DNA of 64,000 nucleotides from Candidatus Curtissbacteria bacterium (GTDB lineage Bacteria; Patescibacteriota; Microgenomatia; Curtissbacterales; GWA2-41-24): NCBI GenBank assembly GCA_016183325.1, contig JACPEV010000006.1, positions 5,883 to 69,882 of the forward strand, read 5' to 3'. Shown piece by piece: positions 53,841 to 61,652 of this stretch (position 1 is its first letter; each line of letters starts with the position of its first letter). The notes under the pieces were generated by a model. It saw only the letters and a program-made list of their open reading frames with translations, ran no database searches and was not told where the DNA came from. The position numbers and the translations under genes were made by a program.

Positions 53841-55448
53841 TCAAAAAACGGCTTGAGATTTCTTCGTTATCAAATCATCAGAATCTTTTACTGTTACCGT
53901 CACCACAGCATCCACACATTCTCCTGGCGTATTGTAGCGCCATTCTATTTGTGAACCATTTAGCGTACCTGCAAAATAACCACAGTTGATACTCCAAGTA
54001 TAAGTAAGCTGCCCACCTTCCGGATCACGAGCCTGCGCTTGCAGTAAATAACGGTGAGGAGTTTCCTCGTAAGAACCGTGCAGTTGGCTATTGTCAACCC
54101 GATCTATAACCGGTGCCTTACCACCAGCTGGTGCTTTTTTGGCCTCATCGACCAACGATTTTTTATCTGCTTTCAGATATTCAAAATCGCCACTTGTTAT
54201 CTCGGAAGGGTTCCCGTCACCGTCAACAACGGCTAAGGTGACCTTTTGACTACCTGCTTTAATTTTCCCCCCAGTTGTCTCCCCCTTCCAACTGACTGCA
54301 AAGGTTTTCCTATACGGCAGCTTGAAAGACCCTTGGTTTTCTACCAAATCAAAGTTAGACTTGCCATCGTAAATTTGACCAGCCTCATCAATAATGCTCG
54401 GCCCGTTCTCGCTGCCAACTGTCAATTTAATCTTGACTGCGCGAGTTCTGTTTTCTAGAACCGTAAAATTAATTTTCGTGCCTTGTTCATCAAACTTGTT
54501 TGGCGCAAAAAAAAGATCCTCGGCAATCGGTGGCAGTTTTTTGGAAATCACTTGCAGTTGGCCTGCTGTATTGGCAATCGCCGTATTAAATACAAAAGTT
54601 ACCAGCAGGCTTTCCTTGGACCCAAGCACCTTTGCCCCTTTGCCAAAGTTATTGCCACCAGCACCATAGCGACCCCAAGTGCTAAAACTATTATTTTTTT
54701 GCCAGTACTGATCCCAATAAGAATCACTATCCAAATACTTTTTGACGATATCTCTTGTCGCCATCATATAAACATCAACAGAAGACAAAAGAATCGGCTT
54801 ATTGGCCAAAATTCTGATTTGTTTTTTGGCTGCCATGTTCTCAACAACTTGCTCGAATAAATCATCACCAACAGTATCAATAAGACTTATCCCAGGAGGA
54901 ATCCTGTTGTTTTTATAAGTCGGTTGGGCATCACTCCTTGATGATTTGCCAGTCCCAAAATACTCTTCGCTCCCCCTGCCGTGAGGGGCAATACGCACAT
55001 GTGCCGGTACCGTTGCGTCTTCTGTTAAATGTAACAAAACACCAATTCGATGATAAGCCTCTTTGAATTTTTTATTTTTATAATCTGCCAAAACTTGCTT
55101 CCAGTGCAGATCTGGCGCGCCAAACCAGGCAAATTCATTTTGTCCTCCTCCGACTTTGGCATCAATAGCTAGTTTGTCAGACCCTTGATGAGACATTGCC
55201 TCGTCAGAATCACCCATAAAAATCTCTGCCTTCAAATCCCCTTTCACCAAATCAGGATAATCGTTGATTGCAATATTCCCAACAGAATAAGCTAAATTAG
55301 TAATTTCCGAATGGGTATCTTGGGATAATTTATATGAAAATCCAAGGAGGTCAACACTTACCTCGCTGTGGTAAGCAAAAACCGGAGCAGCTTCCAAAAA
55401 AATTGCCACCAGTACAGTTGCAATCAAATAAAGAAATCTTTTACCCAT
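53841..55448 (-). CDS. Secreted zinc-dependent phospholipase C / P1-nuclease-superfamily-like protein with a C-terminal Ig/PKD-like domain.
   Basis: Signal peptide, then HLTEDATVPAH fitting the H-x3-D-x3-P-x-H zinc motif of the PLC/P1 nuclease superfamily. Beta-rich C-terminal domain. The assignment is tentative. Confidence 0.35.
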   Translation of the reverse strand: MGKRFLYLIATVLVAIFLEAAPVFAYHSEVSVDLLGFSYKLSQDTHSEITNLAYSVGNIAINDYPDLVKGDLKAEIFMGDSDEAMSHQGSDKLAIDAKVGGGQNEFAWFGAPDLHWKQVLADYKNKKFKEAYHRIGVLLHLTEDATVPAHVRIAPHGRGSEEYFGTGKSSRSDAQPTYKNNRIPPGISLIDTVGDDLFEQVVENMAAKKQIRILANKPILLSSVDVYMMATRDIVKKYLDSDSYWDQYWQKNNSFSTWGRYGAGGNNFGKGAKVLGSKESLLVTFVFNTAIANTAGQLQVISKKLPPIAEDLFFAPNKFDEQGTKINFTVLENRTRAVKIKLTVGSENGPSIIDEAGQIYDGKSNFDLVENQGSFKLPYRKTFAVSWKGETTGGKIKAGSQKVTLAVVDGDGNPSEITSGDFEYLKADKKSLVDEAKKAPAGGKAPVIDRVDNSQLHGSYEETPHRYLLQAQARDPEGGQLTYTWSINCGYFAGTLNGSQIEWRYNTPGECVDAVVTVTVKDSDDLITKKSQAVF

Positions 55449-55537
55449 ACTTTCAGTCTAGCAATCTGGGGAAAATTAGACAAAATCGAGGCTGCCCCAC
55501 TTGCGGTTTTGCATCTTTATTGTTTTCATTTTATCAT

Positions 55538-55918
55538 TCAAATTTTTGCAAAATCCTTATCAAAAGATAGAATTTGATTTTCTTTACCTACCTCCTTTAG
55601 ATAAACATCAGTAAAGTCAATTTTTTTATTTCTCATCTTTTCTAAAACTGTCTCAATTAGGTCTTTTTTTACCTCCATGACTCTCAGATGATCTAGATGC
55701 AACATCTTGACTAACTTGGGGATATAAACGCCTCTTTTTAGAGCGTAATACTTTTCCAATATCCAGATTAGCTCATTAACCACTAGGATTGACACCAAAC
55801 CAATCATCTTCCCATCTTCTATATCACTAATAATACTGGTGGCGATTTTGGATTGATCTGGAATATCTTGTAGTAGGTGCCTCAGGAATATATTGGTATC
55901 AATAATCTTCTGATCCAT
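55538..55918 (-). CDS. PIN-domain toxin (VapC-like).
   Basis: IIDTNIFLRHL N-terminus, a PIN acidic quartet pattern, 126 aa. Confidence 0.6.
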   Translation of the reverse strand: MDQKIIDTNIFLRHLLQDIPDQSKIATSIISDIEDGKMIGLVSILVVNELIWILEKYYALKRGVYIPKLVKMLHLDHLRVMEVKKDLIETVLEKMRNKKIDFTDVYLKEVGKENQILSFDKDFAKI

Positions 55919-56181
55919 TATTTACTGGCAAGCTCAGAAGCTACTATTTTTTGGGTTTCCTCAAGCACTTGAGTGAAACTTACCCCTTTTTTGTCTTTTG
56001 GTATGAAACGAGCTAAACTCCCTGCTGTTTGCTCGGTAATCGAGGTTTTTAATGGTTTGATTATAATCAAATCTTTTTGAGGATAAATTACCAGTTTACT
56101 TCTGTGGCCAATTTTTAATTGTCTTTGAATTTTTTTCGGTATGGTAATTTGTCCTTTGGCAGATAGTAAAGCAGTTTGCAT
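55918..56181 (-). CDS. AbrB/MazE/SpoVT-type antitoxin.
   Basis: LSAKGQITIPKKIQRQLKIGHRSKLVIY swapped-hairpin motif. 1-nt overlap with the PIN gene. Confidence 0.6.
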   Translation of the reverse strand: MQTALLSAKGQITIPKKIQRQLKIGHRSKLVIYPQKDLIIIKPLKTSITEQTAGSLARFIPKDKKGVSFTQVLEETQKIVASELASK

Positions 56182-56450
56182 ATTACTTTACTATTACCAT
56201 ATTTCTTTACTTAAGTCAACTGCGTGTGCAGCCGAGTTTGACCGAATCAGACTCGGTTTGACTCGGCGCATTTACTTGTCCCGCCGAATCCGGCTTTGCC
56301 GGAGAAGGCGGAGGACGTATTTTCTAGAGACGGAGGAAGAGTTTGAGCCGATATTTGATTTAGCTTAAATTTAAGAAGTACAATTCTGCCTTGTGGAACG
56401 CCTTGCACAATTAAAGGTAGAAATAAGTTCAGAGGGAAAAACAAGTCTTC

Positions 56451-56828
56451 TTGACAAGGCTTCGAAATCGCCCAACCGGCCTTGATGATCGTCGAGCCGT
56501 TGTTACATGGCGCAGAAGCAGTATATATCACCCACTCCAAGATTTAAGGCTCGTTAACTTTGCAAGAAGAGCTCATGATGGTGTGGAAGGCGAAGAGTTA
56601 CCTGAGCTTGTGCAAGACGCTCAGGCATGTTTCGTCAAAGACTTTGATTTGTATCTCGCGGGCTTCCCAAAAGAAGAAACGGAGATGTTCAGTCTATTTC
56701 AAGAGATATTTGACACTGGAACTTCCTTTGAGTGGCAAACCGACTTAGAGAGGGTTGAGGGACTTGAATACGCTTTTTCGCAGCTCGACAGAGAAAAAAT
56801 ACAACCTTGGGTTACACTAGAAAAATAG
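56451..56828 (+). CDS. Conserved small ORF, paralogue B of 50920-51300.
   Basis: About 85% nucleotide identity to copy A across about 510 bp, including the upstream GGAGGA(A/G)GAGTTTGAGCC junction motif. Confidence 0.3.
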   Translation: MTRLRNRPTGLDDRRAVVTWRRSSIYHPLQDLRLVNFARRAHDGVEGEELPELVQDAQACFVKDFDLYLAGFPKEETEMFSLFQEIFDTGTSFEWQTDLERVEGLEYAFSQLDREKIQPWVTLEK

Positions 56829-56885
56829 CGAGTATGTAATATTTTCTGCGCTTTTGGAATTTAGAAGTCAAAAATTCGGGGCTGT

Positions 56886-57413
56886 TTGCGCATCTACCTA
56901 ATTTGACTTAAAAACTCTGCCGGAGCAACAATTTGTATTCGGTTGTACCCACCCAATGTCAATAGATCCTTGTCTCCTGTTATCAGATAGTTACACTTGC
57001 CGACTACTGCAGTTTCCAGAACTTTATTATCGTCAGGATCTCTTAGATTAAAATCTCTACCCTGTAAAGGAACGATTTGAGAGATGAACTACCACGACTT
57101 AACAGTCGTGGTATCCTCAGGCTACGCCTTCGGCGAGTACGTAATTGTTCAATTCACCCACGGGTAAAAACCCGTGGTACTCTTGAACAATTATAGAAGA
57201 AATATAAGAAACCGTGCCATTTGCAGCATAAAGTGGGGTATCAAAATCAGAAACTAACTTTTCTTTTACTTCTTCAAGGATGAAGTCAGAGATTAGAGAT
57301 ACAATTTTTTGATCTTCAATTAAGTTTACTATCTTTGCTGGTTTTCCAGAAAAGTAGAGTGCGGAGAGCCAAACATTGGTATCATTTACCACTCTTGGAA
57401 TTTTTGGTACCAC
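56886..57413 (-). pseudogene. PIN-domain toxin gene (TIGR00305 type) split by insertion of the 110-bp MITE.
   Basis: The N-terminal half (MVPKIPRVVNDTNVWLSALYFSGKPAKIVNLIEDQKIVSLISDFILEEVKEK...) lies to the right of the MITE. The C-terminal half (DPDDNKVLETAVVGKCNYLITGDKDLLTL...) continues in frame-shifted form to its left (56886-57085). Confidence 0.6.
57086..57196 (+). mobile_element. 110-bp structured repeat element (MITE-like), copy B, inserted into a PIN-toxin gene.
   Basis: Near-identical to 45454-45563. Flanked on both sides by halves of one PIN ORF. Confidence 0.75.
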
Positions 57414-57651
57414 TTCTGCCTCTTTCCACCGCTTCTAAAATATCCTTTTCCGCCAAACCTTTATTTTTGGCGTAAGACCTAAATGGAGCTGCCAAAATTT
57501 CCCATGAAAGTTTACCTTTCTCAAAAAGAAGGTACGTTCTAACTGCGGACCGAATAAATTCAGAACGGGAACTGAATTTCCCTTCGGATACCTGTTTTTC
57601 CATTTCCGCAGCTAAATTTTTCGGCAGCGAGATAGTAGTTGTAAACTGCAT
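57382..57651 (-). CDS. Ribbon-helix-helix antitoxin (ParD/CopG-like) of the disrupted PIN module.
   Basis: MQFTTTISLPKNLAAEMEKQVSEGKFSSRSEFIRSAVRTYL. ATG at 57649-57651. Confidence 0.55.
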   Translation of the reverse strand: MQFTTTISLPKNLAAEMEKQVSEGKFSSRSEFIRSAVRTYLLFEKGKLSWEILAAPFRSYAKNKGLAEKDILEAVERGRSGTKNSKSGK

Positions 57652-57764
57652 AACTATATTAAATATTAACAAAAAGTAACATAAGTATCAAGGGGCTAAA
57701 ATGTTTGATACCAGAAGCCATCGGTTCTGAGTCCTAAGCAATGTCGAAGGGTCGAAGGGCTAAA

Positions 57765-57793
57765 AACATATGCTTTTAGAATTTAGAAGTCAA
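57765..57793 (-). promoter_or_regulatory. Predicted sigma-70-type promoter (TTGACT, 17 bp, TATGTT) for the antitoxin/PIN operon at 57651.
   Basis: Minus-strand TTTTTGACTTCTAAATTCTAAAAGCATATGTT. It is part of the conserved TTTTTGACTTCTAAATTCC motif that occurs four times in the window. Confidence 0.45.
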
Positions 57794-57809
57794 AAAAGAA
57801 AACTTACAT

Positions 57810-58205
57810 CTAGGGTGCAAGCAAAGGAATTACTTCGCGCCCATTTCTCCGATAAAAAGAAAAGTCTCGCTTATCCAGCGTAAAAACCTGGCAATTTCTA
57901 AAAAGTTCGCTCATCCGCACAAGACAGGCATCAGCAAGATCCATACGATCTTTGTAATGCGCAAGCAGCTTTGCGACTGCCTCCGACTGTTCGGCCAAAG
58001 ATAATCCTATCTGCAGATTGCCTTCGGAGAGCATCGATAATATAGCCTGACCTTTACCAGTTAAATAACTAGCCTCAGTAATTACCGCCTCACATGTCCA
58101 CAATGGTGGAGACAACCTTTCCAGTATTTGCAGCGTCCAGTTGTGATAATTGTCCTGAAGGTTAATCAACGCAACAAGAGGACCGGTATCTAAAATTGTC
58201 TTCAT
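57810..58205 (-). CDS. PIN-domain toxin (VapC-like), the intact copy.
   Basis: MKTILDTGPLVALINLQDNYHNW... 131 aa. Its 5' 135 nt are duplicated at 53143-53279. Confidence 0.65.
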   Translation of the reverse strand: MKTILDTGPLVALINLQDNYHNWTLQILERLSPPLWTCEAVITEASYLTGKGQAILSMLSEGNLQIGLSLAEQSEAVAKLLAHYKDRMDLADACLVRMSELFRNCQVFTLDKRDFSFYRRNGREVIPLLAP

Positions 58206-58330
58206 CCCCGTCTTCTACTGCCAATGTCGCGAAGATATTTTTTATTTACAGATAAATCAGACGGCCATTCTTCTTCTAAAGCAGCCGTCGTTGCCGGATC
58301 AAGCCTAATTGTGATTGTTTGATTCATAAT
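58203..58330 (-). pseudogene. RHH antitoxin copy with an internal deletion of about 72 nt relative to 53276-53473.
   Basis: Alignment with the intact copy shows GTCTTAACGG...TTGCGCG missing between CAGACGGCC and ATTCTTCTTC. Coordinates here are +/-1 because the printed sequence and the ORF track disagree by one base around 58200. Confidence 0.5.
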
Positions 58331-58639
58331 AAAATTGTATTACATTTATGTCAAATTTGCAAGACACATGGCCTTACCGAAGGCCCTGTTGAAAACCTTG
58401 CACTAGTCGAAGGGAGCAAATTCGAAGTATCGAAGGATAAAAACCGAGAGTCCCTCGTTGTGCCGAGCCTAACTCGGCGCACTTACTTGCCCCGCCGTAA
58501 TTTTCTTGAAGGTGGAGGACCTGTTCTTCCGAAATCTTGACGAAGGAGAACGTTTTTTCTAGAGACGGAGGAGGAGTTTAAGCCAGTGTTTATTTAGCAC
58601 TCATGGATAAAATCAGACGCTGCTTGATAAAATACGACA

Positions 58640-58979
58640 ATGGCGACTAAAGAGAGGTTCGTTGGTGTATCTTTTGACGACGGTCCTAATTCACAAAATA
58701 TTCAAGAGATTCTAGCTATCCTGAGAGAGAACAATTGCCAGGCAACTTGGATTATCAACTGTGTTCGGTGATGCGATTCATTATGCCAGTGCTGATTCCC
58801 TGCCAGAGGTGCAGATTAGAAAGTTTTCTGGTGCAAACAGTGGAAGTATTTTGATTTTCCACGATGGCGTAACCCTAAAACGAAAGACAACCCATATTCT
58901 GGAAGTATTACCACAAGTGTTAGATAATCTAAAAGGATTAGGGCTGACACCAACTAAAACCTCTGCAGTTTTAAGCTAA
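58640..58979 (+). pseudogene. Deletion derivative of the CE4 deacetylase gene. The N-terminal 36 codons are joined out of frame to the C-terminal 77 codons.
   Basis: 58640-58750 matches 50162-50270, and 58746-58979 matches 50537-50779. The junction falls in the 13-bp microhomology TTGCCAGGCAACT present at both sites in the intact gene. The resulting frame hits a stop after NCQATWIINCVR. Confidence 0.75.
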
Positions 58980-59091
58980 CATGGGCATACTTTTGGAGAC
59001 CGAGGAGGAGTTGGGGCCGATATTTGTATGAAGATTAAATAAAACAACCCACAGAATTTTATTCTAATGGGCTGTTTTGATTTAAACAAAC

Positions 59092-59421
59092 TTAATTTTG
59101 TGGATTACCACAAAGAGTACTGTTGTTTATACCAGTTTGGGTACCGTTAGTTCCAGGGCCAGGCCATGACCCAAGAAATGTAGCGTGCTGGACATCACCA
59201 TTTCCTGGCGAGGTCTCGATTCCAAGGTTGGCACCTTTACCAAATGCATCGAATGACCCATGACCAGCGCAAATTGTATTTCCATTTGCAACGCTATAAC
59301 CTGGTTGAGTACCATAGTCTGAACCATCACCAGAATTGCTTGCGAAAGCTGGTATTGCGGTTGCAGCGAAAAGTGCTGCCGCTGCGCCAATTGTTGCTAA
59401 TTTCTTAATCATTTTTTTCAC
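59092..59421 (-). CDS. Small secreted Gly/Asn-rich protein with two Cys. Function unknown (bacteriocin-like or surface peptide?).
   Basis: Signal peptide MKKMIKKLATIGAAAALFAATAIPAFA. Mature ~80 aa, about 30% G/N/S/T, Cys at both ends. Strong SD GGGAGGTG 7 nt upstream and a canonical promoter. Confidence 0.45.
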   Translation of the reverse strand: MKKMIKKLATIGAAAALFAATAIPAFASNSGDGSDYGTQPGYSVANGNTICAGHGSFDAFGKGANLGIETSPGNGDVQHATFLGSWPGPGTNGTQTGINNSTLCGNPQN

Positions 59422-59459
59422 CTCCCTTCAAAAAAACTACCTTTCGGCAGTACGCGTTT

Positions 59460-59488
59460 AATATATGCTTCTGGGATTTAGAAGTCAA
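59460..59488 (-). promoter_or_regulatory. Predicted sigma-70-type promoter (TTGACT, 17 bp, TATATT) for the Gly-rich secreted protein gene.
   Basis: Minus-strand TTTTTGACTTCTAAATCCCAGAAGCATATATT. -35 at 59483-59488, -10 at 59460-59465, about 40-nt leader with SD. Confidence 0.6.
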
Positions 59489-59504
59489 AAATCTGAAGTT
59501 AAAA

Positions 59505-60164
59505 TTATTTTATGAAATGCAGGTGTAAAGAAAATGCGAAATCGGAATTCGGGTATTTTTTATCAAAATCTCCACAAATGGCTTCCTCATTTTTTTGGGG
59601 AAAACCAATAGTACCATATTCGGTTCCTTCATCGGTCTGCTTTGTATAAAGCAAATCATATCCGCTAAGATCAAATCCTTGTCTCACTTTTTGCTTAAGT
59701 GTTTCTAAGGTGTATCCTGGGACCGGTTTATATATCCAACTATTTCCTTTAAAATTAGAATCGATTTTATCCACAACCGCGGTTAAATCCCCATCCCCCA
59801 CATAGCAAACATTCACGGTTGCTCCAATTGGTTGGCCTGAGTACAATCCGCCTGTAATTCCCTGATGTTCCTCGTAACGATAATATTCTGTTCCAAATCT
59901 ACCTAAATTCAGTATTTTTTCATCTCGTTTTAAGATCTTAAACTGCTCATCATCTGTAAACCTCTGTTCTTCAGCAAATTTAAATAGATCGGAATTAGAA
60001 TTTTGTGATGTTGAAGTAGAAGTAAAAATCAGACTAAATAATGCATCCTGAAAAATCACCGCAAATAAAATAATCACTGAAAATACTAATAAGCTGATTA
60101 ACAAGTAAGGTTTTGTCTTTTTCTTGCCGACCTTCACAGTTTTATTGTAACAATAATCACACAA
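59505..60164 (-). CDS. Hypothetical membrane-anchored protein.
   Basis: N-terminal CxxC then a TM helix and a soluble domain. Start codon unclear (TTG/GTG). The TTTTGACTTCTAAATTCC promoter motif lies about 25 nt upstream. Confidence 0.3.
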   Translation of the reverse strand: MCDYCYNKTVKVGKKKTKPYLLISLLVFSVIILFAVIFQDALFSLIFTSTSTSQNSNSDLFKFAEEQRFTDDEQFKILKRDEKILNLGRFGTEYYRYEEHQGITGGLYSGQPIGATVNVCYVGDGDLTAVVDKIDSNFKGNSWIYKPVPGYTLETLKQKVRQGFDLSGYDLLYTKQTDEGTEYGTIGFPQKNEEAICGDFDKKYPNSDFAFSLHLHFIK

Positions 60165-60248
60165 TATCTAAAAATACTGGTGGAATTTAGAAGTCAAAAT
60201 ACCCTCAACGGTAAGCGCAGTCGAGTCTGACTCGACACCTCCTCTTTT

Positions 60249-60434
60249 TTGCAGAATTTTGAGGTTATATTAAGACCAAACTTGCTCCCCGGCCCTTGGA
60301 TTAATATAACTAGCAATTTTGAAGCTATCTTGCAAGCTTTCCAGAACCTCGTTTTTGTTGGTGAATTAAGAGAAAGATGGAATGAGATTAAGAAACTGCG
60401 GATAAAACCAACGATAATCACTAAGTATAGCTAA
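60249..60434 (+). CDS. Small ORF of a repeated family (three copies). Function unknown.
   Basis: NFEAILQAFQNLVFVGELRERWNEIKKL is shared with 61443-61652 (NFEAIIQTFQNLVFIGELKERWNEIKKL). A degenerate third copy begins at 53510 (FEVILRTNW...). Confidence 0.3.
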   Translation: MQNFEVILRPNLLPGPWINITSNFEAILQAFQNLVFVGELRERWNEIKKLRIKPTIITKYS

Positions 60435-60472
60435 CAAAAGACAATTTCGATTTTTCTTTAGCGGTAAATTCT

Positions 60473-61441
60473 TTACTTGTGCTCCACAGTTATGACTACA
60501 TTTCCCGTTTTCTGCCCTTTTTCGACATACCTATAAGCTTCGATGGTTTGTTCCAATGGGTAACGTCTATCAATGACCGGTTTGAACTTTCCCTTCTCAA
60601 TGAGCTTTTTGATGAATACCATGCTTCCTCTCACATCGGTCGGAATTGGAAACTTGATCTTTTTACCGCCGAATACCTTGGTTACGAGGGGCAAGTAAAC
60701 GTTTTGGGCCGCAGGGCCCAATTCTGACGAGATATAAATTCCGCCAGGTTCTAACAACGGTTTGCATTTGCCAAATGTGCTTTTGCCAACAGCGTCGAAA
60801 ATAAAGTTATACTTTTGCTCATCCTTTGTAAAATCCTCTTTTTCGTAGTTGATTACTTTGTCGGCCCCCAGTGTTTTTAGAAGTTCCATATTTTTAGTAT
60901 TGCCCACTGCGGTGACGTACACATCAAAGTACTTTAGAAACTGAACCGCCGCCGAGCCGATCGCGCCCGTGGCGCCATTCACCAACACCTTTTGTCCTTT
61001 TGTAAGGTTCACTTTTTTTATGAAGTTATACGCGTAGTGTGCCCCTTCAGTACTGGCGGCGGCCTGCTCGTACGTTATATGTTCCGGCATTCTTGCAATT
61101 CCCTTGTCTTCCGGCATCGTCGTATATTGGGCGTGAGAGCGTAAACCGTTGTCGTCAAACCCAAAAACTTTCTCACCTGCTTTAAAGGACGACACGCTTT
61201 TGCCAACTTCTTCAATTTTGCCGGCAAAGTCAGTGCCGGTGATCTTTTTCTTAGGCGTGAACAGGCCATAGAAAAATCTCACTATGAACGGTTTCGCTCT
61301 TAGGATCGCGCAATCTGTTCGATTTACCGTTGTCGCATATATTCGTATCAATACTTCATTGTCCTTGGGAGCAGGTTTTTCTACCTCTTTGAGCTGAAGA
61401 ACATCCGGTGGTCCGTATTTTGTGTAGACAATCGCTTTCAT
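60473..61441 (-). CDS. NAD(P)H:quinone oxidoreductase of the MDR (zeta-crystallin/Qor) family.
   Basis: MKAIVYTKYGPPDVLQLKEV N-terminus and the GATGAIGSAAVQ cofactor motif. No catalytic zinc ligands. Confidence 0.7.
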   Translation of the reverse strand: MKAIVYTKYGPPDVLQLKEVEKPAPKDNEVLIRIYATTVNRTDCAILRAKPFIVRFFYGLFTPKKKITGTDFAGKIEEVGKSVSSFKAGEKVFGFDDNGLRSHAQYTTMPEDKGIARMPEHITYEQAAASTEGAHYAYNFIKKVNLTKGQKVLVNGATGAIGSAAVQFLKYFDVYVTAVGNTKNMELLKTLGADKVINYEKEDFTKDEQKYNFIFDAVGKSTFGKCKPLLEPGGIYISSELGPAAQNVYLPLVTKVFGGKKIKFPIPTDVRGSMVFIKKLIEKGKFKPVIDRRYPLEQTIEAYRYVEKGQKTGNVVITVEHK

Positions 61442-61442
61442 T

Positions 61443-61652
61443 TTGTTTGAATTTATTTACTTTTATTTTATCAAATCATCCATTGAAACACCTGAAGCTT
61501 TGGCGGCAAATTCTTTTTCGTTCCGAAAGGGTTTTCAAGCCGGCAACTTTGAGGCTATTATACAAACTTTTCAAAACCTTGTTTTTATCGGTGAATTAAA
61601 GGAAAGGTGGAACGAAATTAAGAAATTGCAGCCTAATTTGGCTCCACCTTAA
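61443..61652 (+). CDS. Small ORF, second copy of the 60249-60434 family.
   Basis: See 60249-60434. Confidence 0.3.
   Translation: MFEFIYFYFIKSSIETPEALAANSFSFRKGFQAGNFEAIIQTFQNLVFIGELKERWNEIKKLQPNLAPP

Noticed and set aside
58196-58330. Apparent extra C at ~58201 that would frameshift the intact PIN gene 57810-58205
   Set aside because: The ORF track, computed from the same sequence, shows an intact 131-aa ORF and consistent frames up- and downstream. The discrepancy is attributed to a misreading of the wrapped sequence. Coordinates in this ~130-nt stretch are given as +/-1.
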